Source: Chara braunii
Lineage: Eukaryota > Plantae > Charophyceae
DNA length: 49,045 nt
Assembly: GCA_003427395.1 (NCBI GenBank)
Contig: BFEA01000004.1
Location: forward strand, 7,677,131-7,726,175
Direction of reading: 5' to 3'
The position numbers and the translations under genes were made by a program. Below, in pieces: positions 22,943-35,814 of the stretch. Each line of letters starts with the position of its first letter. Positions within the stretch are counted from its first letter, which is position 1. The notes under the pieces were generated by a model. It saw only the letters and a program-made list of their open reading frames with translations. It ran no database searches and was not told the DNA's origin.

Positions 22943-24060
22943 CTATTCCCTGGCCACGAACTTCTTTAGTCTCGTCCCAGACACCCAATCCTTCCATTCA
23001 GATCCGTTTAGCTCTTCGATCTGGTATGCCCAAAATTCGCCGCATCGCACAATTCTATAGGGCCCCATCCATCTCTTGTCGAGCTTCCTCGACCATTGCG
23101 TCTCCAGAGACGAGTCGTATAGTAACACGGCGTCCCCTACTGCCAACGACTGCTTCCTTACGCGCGCCATCATGTCCCACCTCATCTTATCCACCTCATC
23201 TTATCCTCCATGCGGCTTCTCTCTACCTGACCAGCGGCCTCTCGCAATCTTTTCTCGGCCGCCCCCACTTGCCGCGCCCGAATATCAAGCAGTTCTTCGA
23301 AGGGCAGGTTCACTTCCAAGTCCTGGCGCCTCCACGTCTTCATAAAGCTTTCTATAGGAAATATGACGTGCCTCTTGTACCATAGCGTGGCTGACGCATA
23401 CTTGGTAGTCCTCTTCACAGTAACATTCTCCACGAAGAAAGCCGCTCGCAGGAATTTCGGCCACTGACCAGGCTTGCCCTCTGTCCACTTAGCCAAGAGA
23501 TTCGTGATGGTACTGCGACCCCTCTCCACAGGAGCGTTTGCTTGAGGGTGCGCGACCGTAGTATAGTTGACCACTACCCCATACCCAGCAAGCAAGGTTC
23601 GCACCTCATTGCAGGTAAACTCCGATCCTCGATCCATCACGAACTCCTTGACGAAAGGATAGCGCAGGTAATACTCCTCGATGCAATTTGTCAAAACTGG
23701 GTCAGTCTTCGTCCGGATAGCCCGACCGTCCACAAACCCAGTAAGGTTATCCCGGGCATCGAAGATATAATTGCACCCATTTTCCCCAACTGGCATAAAT
23801 AACAGGTCCAAGTGTACAACCGCACCCACTTCCCTTTCCAGCCTTGGGTGCAGGGGCTCTCTCGGCCTTTGCGCTGACCTCTCAAGGCAAGGTACACAGG
23901 ATTGGCAGTACTTGATGACCATCGTCAGCATTCCATCCCAATAGTAGAGCTCGTTTATCTTTCCGCATGTGGCACCTATCCCTCTGTGCCCTCCTGCTAT
24001 ACCATCGTGTAGGGTTGCTATGATATCAATCTGCCGGTTCCTCCCTCATATGATCCTCTT
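22943..24060 (-). pseudogene. Gypsy integrase (HHCC zinc domain, DDE core, GPY/F tail), frameshifted
   Basis: LHDGIAGGHRG..YYW..CQSCVPC; VHLDLL; VMDRGSEF; HPQANAPVER; KLDKRWMGPYRI. Confidence 0.95.
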
Positions 24061-24678
24061 GGGGTTCCCGACTTGCTGCTTTATGAACAAATGGCCATCT
24101 CTTACTACGTAGAAATGCCTCATCTTCTGCGCTTTGATACTTGCGTCTCTATCTCTCATCTCACATGATAGGACAAACCCCAACTCCCGGTAGATCCCAT
24201 CATACTCCTCCGCCCGAAACGCCTCCTTAATCTCCCCCTCCTCGAACTCATCGTCCTGGCTTTCAGGAATCAGGATTTCATTATCCTCATGACTAAACGA
24301 GCCTCTCCGGTCGAAGTCCCCTTGCAGGAGCGTATTAGCGAGAAGATACATCCCTCCCATTAGCTGTTCATGCTCCTCTACCTGAGTAGGCCCTTCCTCT
24401 ATTGTCCTCACCTCTTCCACCAAGCCATGTGTCCCAGCCAACGCCAACTTCATCATTCACTGGGTGTCCTTGCCTCCCCACGGATCTTCTTCCTGAAATG
24501 GCTTCAGGATTAAGTCGGCTTTCCGCTCATATCCTCTTGGTGCTATCCATATGGGATGGCTAACACAACTGGNTACTCGCAGCGCCCACTTGTTTATATG
24601 GAGTCNCACATCTTCTTCCTNATCCAGGAACCCGTCGACTGGCGGGGTGTCTTCGGTCGACCCCTGATCCACACTGTC

Positions 24679-26118
24679 CTAGTTGACGCANCTCAGNCCA
24701 TCAANTCTATTCTTGTTTNCCGAGATCCTTTCCAACTCGAAATTAAACATCCAAATGTACGTTAACCATCGGGCGACGGTTGGGTCAGATGGTGTATAAT
24801 TCTTCAGAGAGCAGGCCANCGCCGTAGGGTCCACCCTTAATATAAATCTCCTGCCGAAGACNTAATTCCGGAAGATCCTTAGGCAATGGAGTACCGCAAG
24901 CGTCGCTTTCTTAAACTGAGAGTAGTTCCTCTCAGTCGTGTTAAGAGTACGACTTTCAAATCTTAGCGGCATCTCCTTTCCCTCGGCATCCGCCTGGATC
25001 AAAACCCCTCCTAATGCAGTTGGCCCAGCGTCTGTCTCGATGATGAACGGCTTTTCTTCAGTCTCCTCATAGTTTTGTGCCCCCAGCACCAATCCTCCTT
25101 CCCTGAACTCTCCCTTCATCCTGGTCACCGCTTCTTTCTGGTCTTCGACCCAAACCCATTCCTGGTCCTGGTGCACCAGCTTCCTTAAATGCTCAGTCTT
25201 GGCGGCGAAATCTTTCACGAAGCTCCTCCAAAATCCACAGGTGCCAAGAAAGCTTCTCACATCCGTTATGGTTTCGAAAGGCACCAACCACTCTAAGATT
25301 TTGTCTGTCTTCTTCACGTTTGGCTTCCGACCCTTCTCGTTGCAGACAAACCCCAGGATAGTAGCTTCTCTCATGCAGTGCTTGGATTTTGGCCCGCTTG
25401 CAGTGAGATTGTACTCCTCCAGCAGGCCCAAGACTCGATCGAGATCCTGGATGTGCCTCCAAACAAAACGCCTTACTTCGGGCTGCACCTCGTCTTCCTC
25501 TTTCTCCTTTGACCCTTTGACTGCCAAGTCGTCGATATAGGGCTGAGTGATGTGCGGACTGACTGTTTGCATGACCCTGATCATATGCCTTTGCACCATC
25601 GCCACCGCATTCGTCCAACCCTGAGGGGCCACATTCATGTGGATTAACCCCCTTGGCGTGTGCATTGCCGTCACCGGCCTATCAGGCGGGTATACANAAA
25701 ANTGATCATACCCGGAATAGAGGTCTATAAGTGAGATTATAGGCCTCCCTGCGCATGACTCTGACAGTGCATCTGCGTTCGGCAAGCCTCCCGCATCTCG
25801 CACCGTTATCGCATCTAGTCGTTGCAGATCCTGTACCCACCGTAGCGTCCTGTTCGGCGTAATAAAGTCGAACCAAGAAGAAGCATACGGACTGCTAGAG
25901 TAGCCGGCAACATGCGTGCGCATCTTGCCATCCAGATAGTCCACCACCATCTTCTCCTCATCAGGGTTTGGGTATCGCGCACCCCTTAGGTTCCAGGGCT
26001 CGTGGGGGNCCNTGTGGATCCGGATCATNGGGATCTTGTCCACATCCAGCCTCCCTCGCTGGTCGTCATTAAAGGNGTACGTGCAATGCCTCTTCTTCAT
26101 TAGCTGCACCATCAGCAT
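24679..26118 (-). pseudogene. Gypsy reverse transcriptase and RNase H
   Basis: WVQDLQRL, IDLYSGYD, APQGWTNAV, PYIDD, VRSFLGTCGF, IETDAG, FESRTL..ERNYSQ. Confidence 0.95.
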
Positions 26119-26300
26119 CCTTTCCTGGGGCGAAAGAAACCCAGGCTCCCCGACTATTAACTTCTCNTCATTTCCATCATTGATACGACATGGATCCCTT
26201 AGTGCCTACTCTTGCATCCGCCGTATCAATCCTCGCTNCCGCTCGTAATAAGCCTCTTCATCTTCCGTAACGAGCACGGAAACAGGGCGACACTTTTTAT

Positions 26301-27050
26301 CTACCGTTTTGTACCGCCTTTGGGNGCCCTGCTTAAGCCGTCCCCTAAAAAAGGTCGGCTTGTTGTTTGTGCTTGCGCCATCNCAGACCCTTTTCTTCCT
26401 CCGGGAAGTCGATAGATAAGCTTCACTTCTCNTGCCTGTAGGCATTCCAAAACATGCTCTCGCAAGGCCTTAATGGCCTCCGGGTCTGCCATCTCATGCG
26501 CTACCACGATCTCCATAGCCTTGCTTANGTCTGTAAGGCTTAGTGACAGCACCTCCGCCCCACTTTCCTCCTCGGACTCCTCCGCGAGCCTCCGCNGCTC
26601 NTTCTCCGATTCCACATAGGTGAATGAGCCGGGGTTAGGCCTATTCCGCTCGCTCCCTGGCCCCATGTTTCGGCAGATGACGATTTCGTAGTTCCCACAG
26701 GCTGGGTCACTNAGGAGCAGTATCATCGTTNCATCGTGCTTATTGAAGATCAGGGTCTCTGTCCTGCACATGAACGATCTGCCCAGAAGGATAGGGTGGT
26801 CCACGTCCGGCATGACGAAAAAGCACGTCCTCGCTCGCACCTTACNAATCTCTATAATTACATTCGACGCGGTGCCACAAAAANCTGCCTTGCAGTTAGC
26901 TCNGTGCAGCACGCCGTGATCTGCACGGTCGATCTCCATCCCAAGCATGAACGCATCTTTTTCCCTAATGATGTTCATTTCAGCGCCCGTATCCATCATT
27001 GCCACGCACTTCTTCTCTTTTACTACCGAGTCCACCAATCCGCACCCAAG
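26301..27050 (-). pseudogene. Gypsy aspartic protease region
   Basis: AMMDTGAEMNII..ILLGRSF. Confidence 0.9.
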
Positions 27051-27382
27051 GTTTGTCCAGAGTGTTGTATGTCGGGTCCCGATGCTGCGTGGGTTGCTTG
27101 TTCCTGTTGGTTGTGGTTGTTCTGCTGATCTCCCCAGTCTGGCATATCACACATAGGTGCCATTCGGGATTGTTGCTCATATGGTATAGTCTTCCAGTCA
27201 CATGTCATAGATCACGAGCATACATCTGCATACACTGCACATATCTGGCCTTCGGGCACATACATCCTGCTATACAGCTACACAGAGCATACATAGCCTC
27301 CGGGCATGCACAAAAGACATCGCTTGCCTCTGGGCACACATATACATACAACTATCATACCTGGCTGGGGGGGGGTCTATCA
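27051..27382. mobile_element. Terminal fragment of a different LTR-like element
   Basis: Ends GGGGGGGGGTCTATCA at 27382 against LINE sequence; internal repeats (GCATACAT, GCCTYCGGGCA); no match seen in 17329-19900. Confidence 0.45.
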
Positions 27383-28563
27383 GGTACATGCGCATTGTCC
27401 ACAAGAGCGAATCATCCCACCACTCAATCAAATGACGACGGGCAAGGGACTCAATCCTGCGGGCGGAGGACCTGCAGAATTTCCGATGGTTGCACTGCTC
27501 GCACAGAATGCCAACATGGCATAGAACCCTCCAGTGGCAGATCCTCTTTGAATGCCTACCCTCACCGGATTGGCTGGTCTCCAGAACGGACCTAAAGCAA
27601 CAAGGTTGCCGGTCCCCCATCTGTCAATATTGTGGTAGATCCTGCCCGCAGCCCCAGCCACCCCTGAACATTGTCTGTTAGGCTGCCTCATGGTCACCCA
27701 GATTTGGAGATGGTAGGAGGCCGCATGGACAATCCTGACAGGTACTCAATTCCCATGGCTGCCTAGATTGCTGCTACGAAAGAAATCTGTTTCATATCAC
27801 CAGAATAGAAATCTTGATGGTGGCATGGCAGGCACGTGCTCATACGTTTGGATTCCCACAGGCAAAGGAGCACATAGCTGACTATCTCATAGCAAGGACC
27901 AAAGTGGCATGGGACCAGATTAGGCAGAGAAAGAAAGTTATTGAAGATGACCCGCTGCTCACACCCACCATGAAGCAGCAAAAGATCAGAGAGGCGCAAG
28001 ACCAATTCACACAAGAATGGCTAGGCCCTGGTAAAGTCTTGGCTGAAGTACAAGGGGAGTAATTGCAATGGAAGAACTGGAGGGTTGAGGAGCACAAATG
28101 GACCTGCGACACCGCCCTCATTTACTCTGTGCCCTGCAGAGGGTCACCGCTCCTTGCACCCCCCCCTAATCCCTCACCTCCCCTAGTGCCCCTTCGGCCA
28201 GGGCCTCCTTTCTCCCGAACCCCCCCTCGGTCACTCCCTTACCCAAACCTTACCCAAACAAAGATCGACAAAGGACGAATGGAAGTACAAGTCACAGGCA
28301 GACAGGGAAGAACACCGGAAGGGAACTAGGGTGAAGGAAAGGGAATCAAGGGTAACCGGGCTACAAGGAAACGAGCTGGACCCGATTTCCAGCAGATACA
28401 TTCACATCATTGTACAGGGACATTGGACCCGATTTTCAGCAGGTGTAGCTCCCCACCAATAGATGGAGCCTTTCGACGCGGGGACCTACTTACCAGGGAT
28501 GCTTTCATCACCTCGTTGAGTAGGTTCCTTGTATACGAAGTTTCAAAAAAGAAAAAAAGAAAA
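27383..28563 (+). mobile_element. LINE 3' portion (zf-RVT remnant, 3' UTR, poly(A))
   Basis: WHRTLQWQILFECLP..CQYCG..EHCLLGC; motif copies at 28375 and 28422; A-tail at 28545-28563. Confidence 0.88.
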
Positions 28564-28893
28564 TGGGGGGCGGGACTTCTAGAACGCTAAGGGATGGGTT
28601 GCACATACCAGGAATTGGGCTGGGCTAATGGGAAAAGGGAGCTCCGGGATAAGAAGGGATGCATTGCAAATACCAGGAACTGGGCAGGACCATTGGAAAA
28701 GACGGAACCTCAGGATAGGAAAAGTGAAAGTTGCAGCCCCAAGAGCCAAGGGGTGAGATCATGTTGCATTTCCCAGGCACTGGGCTGGGCTAGTGGAAAG
28801 AGGGAGCTTCAAGATGGGAAGAGAGACGTCTATACACCCGAGATCCAATGGAAGTGATTATGTTGTATTGAAGAGGTGTATCCAAGGGACGCT
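28564..28893 (+). mobile_element. Probable LINE 3' UTR fragment with triplicated module, cut at the start of the conserved 3' motif
   Basis: Three CCAGG(A/C)AYTGGGC modules; ends CAAGGGACGCT, identical to the lead-in of the motif at 33690. Confidence 0.45.
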
Positions 28894-31742
28894 TGTGATG
28901 CGCCAACCTCACGCCCTGCGCAACATTCCGTATGTCAGACGCCGGTCAGAGTAGTTACGGGTGTGGCCGAGGATTTTTGGCAGTGGGGTTTGAGTCACCC
29001 GGACGAAACAGGGGATTCTTGCTTCAGGCCGAGGTGCCTAGACAGGGGTTTGAGCTGTTGCCGGGGGCGAATAACGGGAGAACGGTGCCCTACGGCACGA
29101 CCATCGTCACATAGAAGAAAACGAGAAGAGAGAGGAGAAGAGAAAAAAAACTGACACGGAACTTAGTTCCGTTCCCCGAGGCGCCTGGTTCACACGGCCT
29201 TTGGAGGGGAGGCCCCAGAATCGGGTTTCAGGCTTCTGTGTCCGACTCGTTGAGCCCGTGTTGGCGGCAGGGCACGGGGCTGCCCGGGGTCGGGCAGGTC
29301 GAGGGAACCCAGGTTCGAAAATGGGCCGGGAGCTAACCCGCGTTGCGGGAGAGTTCGGGGAATCAGGCAGCCCCTTTGTACCCCAGGACTAATCGTCGCC
29401 ACAAGCACGAGTCTTTTTGGCGACACCAATGATAATTAAACCGAGGCCTCCACATTGCGCGCGTGGCTGACCAGGGCAACATCGCGAGGTCGGTGTAGGG
29501 CAGGATTAAGGGAGGGGGAAAAAACTGCTCAATCAGCGCGAACCCACTCCCTCCTATGTGGTACGCCCGGGTTGGGTTGTAAAGATGAATTGGCTCAGTG
29601 CGCCGCAGTATGCTCCGCACGTCCGCATCGCAATATACGCTATCGTCATCTGCGATCGGGAAGGGCGGAAGCGCGGTGCGACGTTCTAAGACAAAGTCCG
29701 AGCTCGGGCCCCGACCCGCGGTCCTGTCCGTCGAGACCAGAACTGACTCCCTGCAAAGACCAACGAATACCACAAAAAAGGATGCGCCTAGCTCTCTTTC
29801 TCTCTGTCTCTCTCTCTGTGGGCATCAACCCGAATGTGGTGTCGGGGATCCAGGGTGGGCGCAGAGATGTCGGCCGCTTCTCGGGGACGTGAACGACCTA
29901 TCTCTCTGAAATTATCCGTCTTCCCTGGGGTCCCGACCTGCGCACGATGAAAGAGAGGGACAGCAGAAGGAGGTTGGCGTGTATCCCGCACACCCACGCA
30001 GGTTAAGGGCGAAGGACAGGAGGGAGGACCAACACACTCATGCACTCATGCAAGCAATTGACACTCGGTACTTCCTATCATCAGGCCTGGAGGCGCATAT
30101 ACACACGCCTACTCATAGAGCCCTCCTGAACAATGAGACATTAAAATCCATAGACTTCCATACCTGAGAAATGCGTACAGCTAACTACCCACACATCGGG
30201 ACCTTGCACACATCACACAGAGACAAAGCAGCAATGGAGAAAAAACACGTTCTTAGAATACAAAATTCTCACAGTTGGCCGCTCAGGGCCCAACCCCCAA
30301 TCCATCAAAACCACCGACAACCATAACCACAAGGCCCTGCCGCTGTCGGCGTCTGATCTCCACCACCTCTTTGTCCCTCCGACTGCCTTACCCCAAGTCT
30401 ATCACTAACTCCGCCACCCGCCGTCACTCCGCCCATTACGAGGCACGTCGAGCCTTTCCCCCCGCGGGTTTCGCTCATAGCTCGCGCAACTTGTAGCTGA
30501 GATCAAAGAGAGTGAGAGGAAGGGGTTGCGATAATTTATAGCGTGGAAGGCGGTGGAGAGGCTGCGTGAAGCACGGGGTGTAGATGAGCAGGACAAAATA
30601 AGGGCAGAGGTTCCTGAAGGATCGAAGGAAGCGAGTCGAATGATGTGCATGATTGGGGTGGTCGTCCAAGTGGGGTGCGTTTCCCGCTACCACCACATTG
30701 ACCTGACTATCCCAATCAGACAACCAATCATTCGCAGGGAAGGGAGAAGGAGGGGATCAGACATCACTTAGAGGGAAGATGAAGAGGCATGCAGGAAGGG
30801 TGTGCGCAGCAAGAAGGGAAGATGGCGCAGGGATGCGGCGTGCAAAAGTTCAAAAAACAGCCGCGCGTGCAAAAATTCAAAATTTCGACTCCCGCTAATT
30901 CCCAACTGTTTCTTGAATTTCTTGGCGCGGCCGCTAACCGACCAATCGAGACCCGGATTAAGTTTTCTACTCCGTCCCACTTTTCATAAAAGACGAAAAA
31001 GAAATAAAAAGGAAAATAAATGAAGCCGCCGAGTACGGATCCTGGCTTATCATACGTTGTCGAGCGCATCGGTCCGGCACCGCACCAGGGCAGCGCGGGA
31101 CCCTCCCGGCCGCGTCACGCAGGAGTTGGTTTAAATCCTTCGTCGCAAAACATTCATGGAGCTTCCGCAAGCCGCTCCGACCGAGTGCGCCAGCCATACC
31201 TCCCGCGAGCCCCTACGACAGGATAGGGCCTACGCGAGGCACGACTTACCTCCACCTTACGGGAGCTGAAACCTCCCTTCGGTGGGCGTATCCCCGCCGA
31301 GCTACCAGTCCACAGTACGAAATTTAATCAATTGCAATCGCAGAGGTGGACCAGCCGAGGGCGTTTCGCGTTCGCTGTAGCATAGAGGGTACGCGCGGTA
31401 ATACGCCTCTATCGGCCCTGCGCACGAACCGTCAACTTGGGAGGGCTGAAGTCCCAAGCGCGGCCCGTCGCCGGTCGACTAGGACGCATCCCACACACCA
31501 CGCGCACGCCACTCTAACCAACACAAAAATAAAACGCACACACACACATCAAATAATGCGACAACACTCCTAGTCCCTTAGTAGCCATCCCATAACTTTC
31601 CGATGCGGAAATCGGATAGACGTCGCGCGCGAGACCTAGTATAAAACAGCACGGACGCAAGGCCTACTCATATCGACTAGCAATGCCAACATACGCAAGC
31701 AGTCGCAATGATGGCCGCATGCTCCCATCAGGTTAGGTTACA
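28894..31742 (-). mobile_element. Large LTR-like non-coding element or elements
   Basis: TG at 28894 and ...GTTACA at 31742; ~31058-31720 homologous to 9927-10560; no credible ORF; no TSD found. Confidence 0.5.
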
Positions 31743-32643
31743 GAGTTGCACCTTGCTCCAGCATCGGCCAACGTTGCTCCAGTTACGACCCTCGATGACC
31801 ATTGAGACTGCCCCTGCACACAGCCCCCCAGAGCTCTTTACCAGGCCTCACGCTCCCACTAAGCTAGGTCACAGAGTTGTGCCACCTGGCTCCGGCTCCG
31901 GCCAGCGTTGCTCCAGCATCGGTCTTCAAGGGCCACCGAATTTTCAACCACCCTTCGCAGGATCATAGATGAATTGTCAGATAGCACCTATTCCTACAAC
32001 CTCCTCAAGCGGCAAACCAAATGAAAAGAAATAGTAAACTTAATCTACATGATAGACTTATTCAAGAAAGATCGCCCCTCCCTCCCCCTACCCCTCCCCC
32101 CTCAGCCCTACACTGCCTCCGCCGAGGTGAGTCACCCACTCTCCCTCGGCCCCAATATAGGACCAACCCTCTACCCCCCTTTCCCCAGGAGCACGCAGTT
32201 CCCACCTAAAGCATGCCCCCCCCAGCCCCTTGCCCATTTCTGCCTCCGCCGGGACTGATATTGACCCGCACACCAGCCCTTGCCCCAGAATAGGGCAACC
32301 CCCTACTCCGCCCCTACCTTCTTTGAGACATTCACCCCTCGCCTTGTGATGCCCCTGCAAGATAGAGCTCCCCCCTCCCCCTTCCTACCGTTTAACCCTC
32401 CGAGAACGATCCAATCGGAAATTTCTGAAAGTCATGATGAAGAAAGGTAGCTGATTTTTTTTTGGACTTTGCTGATGACGACGAAAAGCACCCTAAAAAT
32501 GATGATAATGAGGATGATGGTGACGACCAACTCACCTGCTGACGTGAACGACAACAGGTACCTTTTTATTCCTCTGAGTCGTAAATGCCCTAAGTTCCCC
32601 TAACAAACATTGAAGCAGGGGAGGGGTGTCTGAGTTCTTTCCC

Positions 32644-32820
32644 TTTTTTTTTTCTTTTTTTTTTTTTTTAATGAATAGCCCCTGCGTAAGCCCTCTATCC
32701 CGGCGGTGGTGAGAGAACCGTCAGAATTGAGGATTTACCTGTCGGGCTGCTCCATCTATTGATGGGGAGCGTCACCTGCTGGAAACCGGGTCCAGCATCC
32801 CTTTGAATATCTTGCAGTAC
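32644..32820 (-). mobile_element. Extreme 3' end of a LINE, same family as 10748-14128
   Basis: Poly(T) at 32644-32669, then ~125 nt matching the reverse complement of 13969-14095. Confidence 0.9.
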
Positions 32821-32829
32821 AGAGTTTCA

Positions 32830-33745
32830 GTTTATTTGTAGGAAACCATGTTCAACCTGGGAAGAAAGAGTGTTCTATGGACTATATGGTGGAAAAGATG
32901 TTGTTATGAGATAGAAGGGGCGCAGGTGGAGGAAGGTGAAGTCCTGGAACAAATCCGGACACTGGTCCAGTATGAGATTGCGGCCCAATGGAAGACAGCC
33001 AAGGACAAGCGCGACCAAGCCCACTCCTGGGGGGACATGAACATAATTATTTCCACATTTAGCAAGAATTGGCTAGGGGGAGAAAGGGAGGGATGGGTGG
33101 CTGAGGTGAAATGGACTGGTAGACAGCCAGGAAGGGAATCACAGGGAGACCCCCTGGCAGGAATAACAAGAGACTACCAACTGATCTTCCATGATCGGAC
33201 TAAGATTGATCCTGGCTCCCCGCTACGGCCTGCTCCGGATTTTTCAGACCCCTTCCCTCCTCACCCGCTGTCTCTAGCTGAAATCCTCCCGGCCGCGTGA
33301 GTCGGTTGGAACCCACAGTATGTCTCGCAATTTTTTTCTAAGCGTACGGGAGCGGAGGGCAGTAAGATGGCAGGAGATGGCAGTAGACGGTGGGGATGGG
33401 GTAATTAAGGGACCCTGGACCCGGTTTCCAGCAGGTGTAGTTCCTCATAGGTCCTTGACTTGCAATTCTTGCATTTCTTGTATTTCCTTCTTGCATTTCT
33501 TGCATTTCTTGCATTCTGCATGCCGCTGGTAGTCTGCATTCAGCATGCATTCTGCATGCAGTGGCTAGCCTGCAATTTGCATTTCTTAATTCTAGGCGCT
33601 CAGTGGACTGTGGATAGTGGTGGGATGGCAGGGGTCAAGAGGTGGAGGGAGATCTCACTGGTGCCCCCTCAGGGATGCTGTACTCGGGACAAGGGACGCT
33701 GGACCCGGTTTCCAGCACTGGGGTGTCAGACTTTCGACATGATAT
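32830..33745 (+). mobile_element. LINE ORF2 C-terminus (to 33300) plus 3' UTR
   Basis: SVLWTIWWKRC resembles the LINE lW.IW..RN motif; 3' motif copies at 33415 and 33698; 9-bp TGCATTTCT repeat at 33461-33520. Confidence 0.7.
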
Positions 33746-33787
33746 TGTTCTGTAAAATTTTTGTAAATTTTCTACAAAATTCCTGGA

Positions 33788-34402
33788 NNNNNNNNNNNNN
33801 NNNNNNNNNNNNNNNNNNNNNNNNNNNNNNNNNNNNNNNNNNNNNNNNNNNNNNNNNNNNNNNNNNNNNNNNNNNNNNNNNNNNNNNNNNNNNNNNNNNN
33901 NNNNNNNNNNNNNNNNNNNNNNNNNNNNNNNNNNNNNNNNNNNNNNNNNNNNNNNNNNNNNNNNNNNNNNNNNNNNNNNNNNNNNNNNNNNNNNNNNNNN
34001 NNNNNNNNNNNNNNNNNNNNNNNNNNNNNNNNNNNNNNNNNNNNNNNNNNNNNNNNNNNNNNNNNNNNNNNNNNNNNNNNNNNNNNNNNNNNNNNNNNNN
34101 NNNNNNNNNNNNNNNNNNNNNNNNNNNNNNNNNNNNNNNNNNNNNNNNNNNNNNNNNNNNNNNNNNNNNNNNNNNNNNNNNNNNNNNNNNNNNNNNNNNN
34201 NNNNNNNNNNNNNNNNNNNNNNNNNNNNNNNNNNNNNNNNNNNNNNNNNNNNNNNNNNNNNNNNNNNNNNNNNNNNNNNNNNNNNNNNNNNNNNNNNNNN
34301 NNNNNNNNNNNNNNNNNNNNNNNNNNNNNNNNNNNNNNNNNNNNNNNNNNNNNNNNNNNNNNNNNNNNNNNNNNNNNNNNNNNNNNNNNNNNNNNNNNNN
34401 NN
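33788..34402. other. Assembly gap
   Basis: N run. Confidence 1.
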
Positions 34403-34429
34403 AAAAAAAAAAAAAAAAAAAAAAAAGAA

Positions 34430-35580
34430 AGTTTATTTGTAGGGCTGATGTCGTTTTACTTCTATACCCGGAACCCCGTTTTCCCTTGGAGCTGCTCGTG
34501 TCTCCCATCCCATGTCGGAGCATCCTTGTCCATTGGACATACCCTATTTTGCAGCCCCCTTATGTATTGTCACCCTATTGTATGCCACTTTAAACGCGGA
34601 CCCTGTGTGGACCCATGCTTAGGACGTTCGTGAACCTTAAAGCCTGGGGGCGAAAGACCCACAACGGTATGAGGTACTAAGCAACGTGACGCAGGAAGAT
34701 TACAGGGGCCATGCATTGTCCCAAACCCCCTTAAACCCTAAACCCTCTCTGAACCCATGCTCAGGACTTTCATGGTCCTTAACTCCTACAGACAAAAGAG
34801 AACCCAGTATGATATGGAACACTAAGCAATGTGATGCCGGGTGATAACAGGGATAACGAACACTACAGACTAAAGACCCACACTGACACGGGATAGTAGG
34901 CAATGAGATACAGGGCAATGACAGCGAAGGTCAGCACAAAAGGCCCCCGTGCATAAGGCACCTGTGATCCGAAAGGCGTAGTCTTTCCGCAATTCAGGAA
35001 GATGCTGAAGAGAGATCCGTTCCGCTGCTCATGCACTCTTTTACCTCCATCATGCAGCCCGACAGAGAGAAAGGCCTTTCATCCAAGATTCATTCGGATG
35101 TCTTCCAGAAGCTCTTCCAAGGTCGGACTCACTGTCTGTTATAGCTGTGGATTGCCAACCTCCGGCTTATCCGGTCCGGTCCCTTTCTGAATTCCACCTT
35201 CTCCTTCTTCAACACTGCTGTGACCATGCCAAGGAACCCACCCCCCCCCTTCTGCCCCTGCATTGCTGGCCTCTCTCTTTCTTCTTTTTCTTTTTTCTTT
35301 TTTCCTTTTTTCCTTTCAAAAGGGTGCAAAAGGATCAATATCATCAGTAGTTTCAGTATCTTAGTGGCATTATCAGCCAGCTCACGTGGACGCTGGGCCC
35401 GGTTCCCAGCACATGCTGTGTTACCAACTCGACAATGTATCTCAGGGTACGCTGGACCAGCTTTCCAGCAGGTGTAGCTCCCCACCAATGAGCCCCCTGC
35501 AAGACAGGTAGGAGTGTATGCTCTTATCATCACCCCTAGTTGTTGACTCAGGTGGAATTGAAAAGGAAAAAAAAAAAAAA
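34430..35580 (+). mobile_element. LINE 3' UTR ending in poly(A); 5' boundary uncertain
   Basis: Motif copies at 35392 and 35451; A-tail at ~35561-35580. Confidence 0.6.
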
Positions 35581-35599
35581 GTCAAGATATCATTGTGGA

Positions 35600-35712
35600 A
35601 CCGACTGGTGCCAGGTAATTCAAGAATTTCATTCACGTAGTTCCATCTGAATTCGGACTCAGGTCTGTATTCCAACAGTTCATGGGTGTACCAACTGAGC
35701 TAGGCCCGTTGG
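35600..35712 (-). mobile_element. tRNA-derived SINE head, family B
   Basis: Minus strand GGCCTAGCTCAGTTGGTAC (A box) ... GAGTCCGAATTC (B-box-like); homologous to 3560-3645. Confidence 0.6.
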
Positions 35713-35814
35713 TGGGCTCTCTAGTTTTTTTTTTCTTTTTCTTTTTTCTTCTACCCGTGTTGGGAAATTACAATGTTTTGGTCTGTCCCCGAAGAAATCG
35801 GTGGTGGGACCCAG

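Larger units (their letters stand above)
17329..27050 (-). mobile_element. Ty3/Gypsy LTR retrotransposon, 5' part missing: PR-RT-RH-IN, extra Gag-like ORF, long 3' UTR and probable 3' LTR ending ...CTACA at 17329
   Basis: Domain order PR-RT-RH-IN; left end TG at 17329 truncates a LINE; candidate PPT AAAGGAGGAGAGGGCGGG (minus strand, ~18158-18141) is tentative. Confidence 0.85.

Noticed and set aside
24573-26903. Scattered single Ns (also 43142-44320) as a biological signal
   Set aside because: Most likely ambiguous consensus bases from gap filling with multicopy repeat reads.
32472-32490. Additional hammerhead core (CTGATGACGACGAAA); similar near-matches at 9403, 9694 (-), 9850 (-) and 30078 (-)
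   Set aside because: Each lacks a pairing stem II or the GAAA/UH elements.
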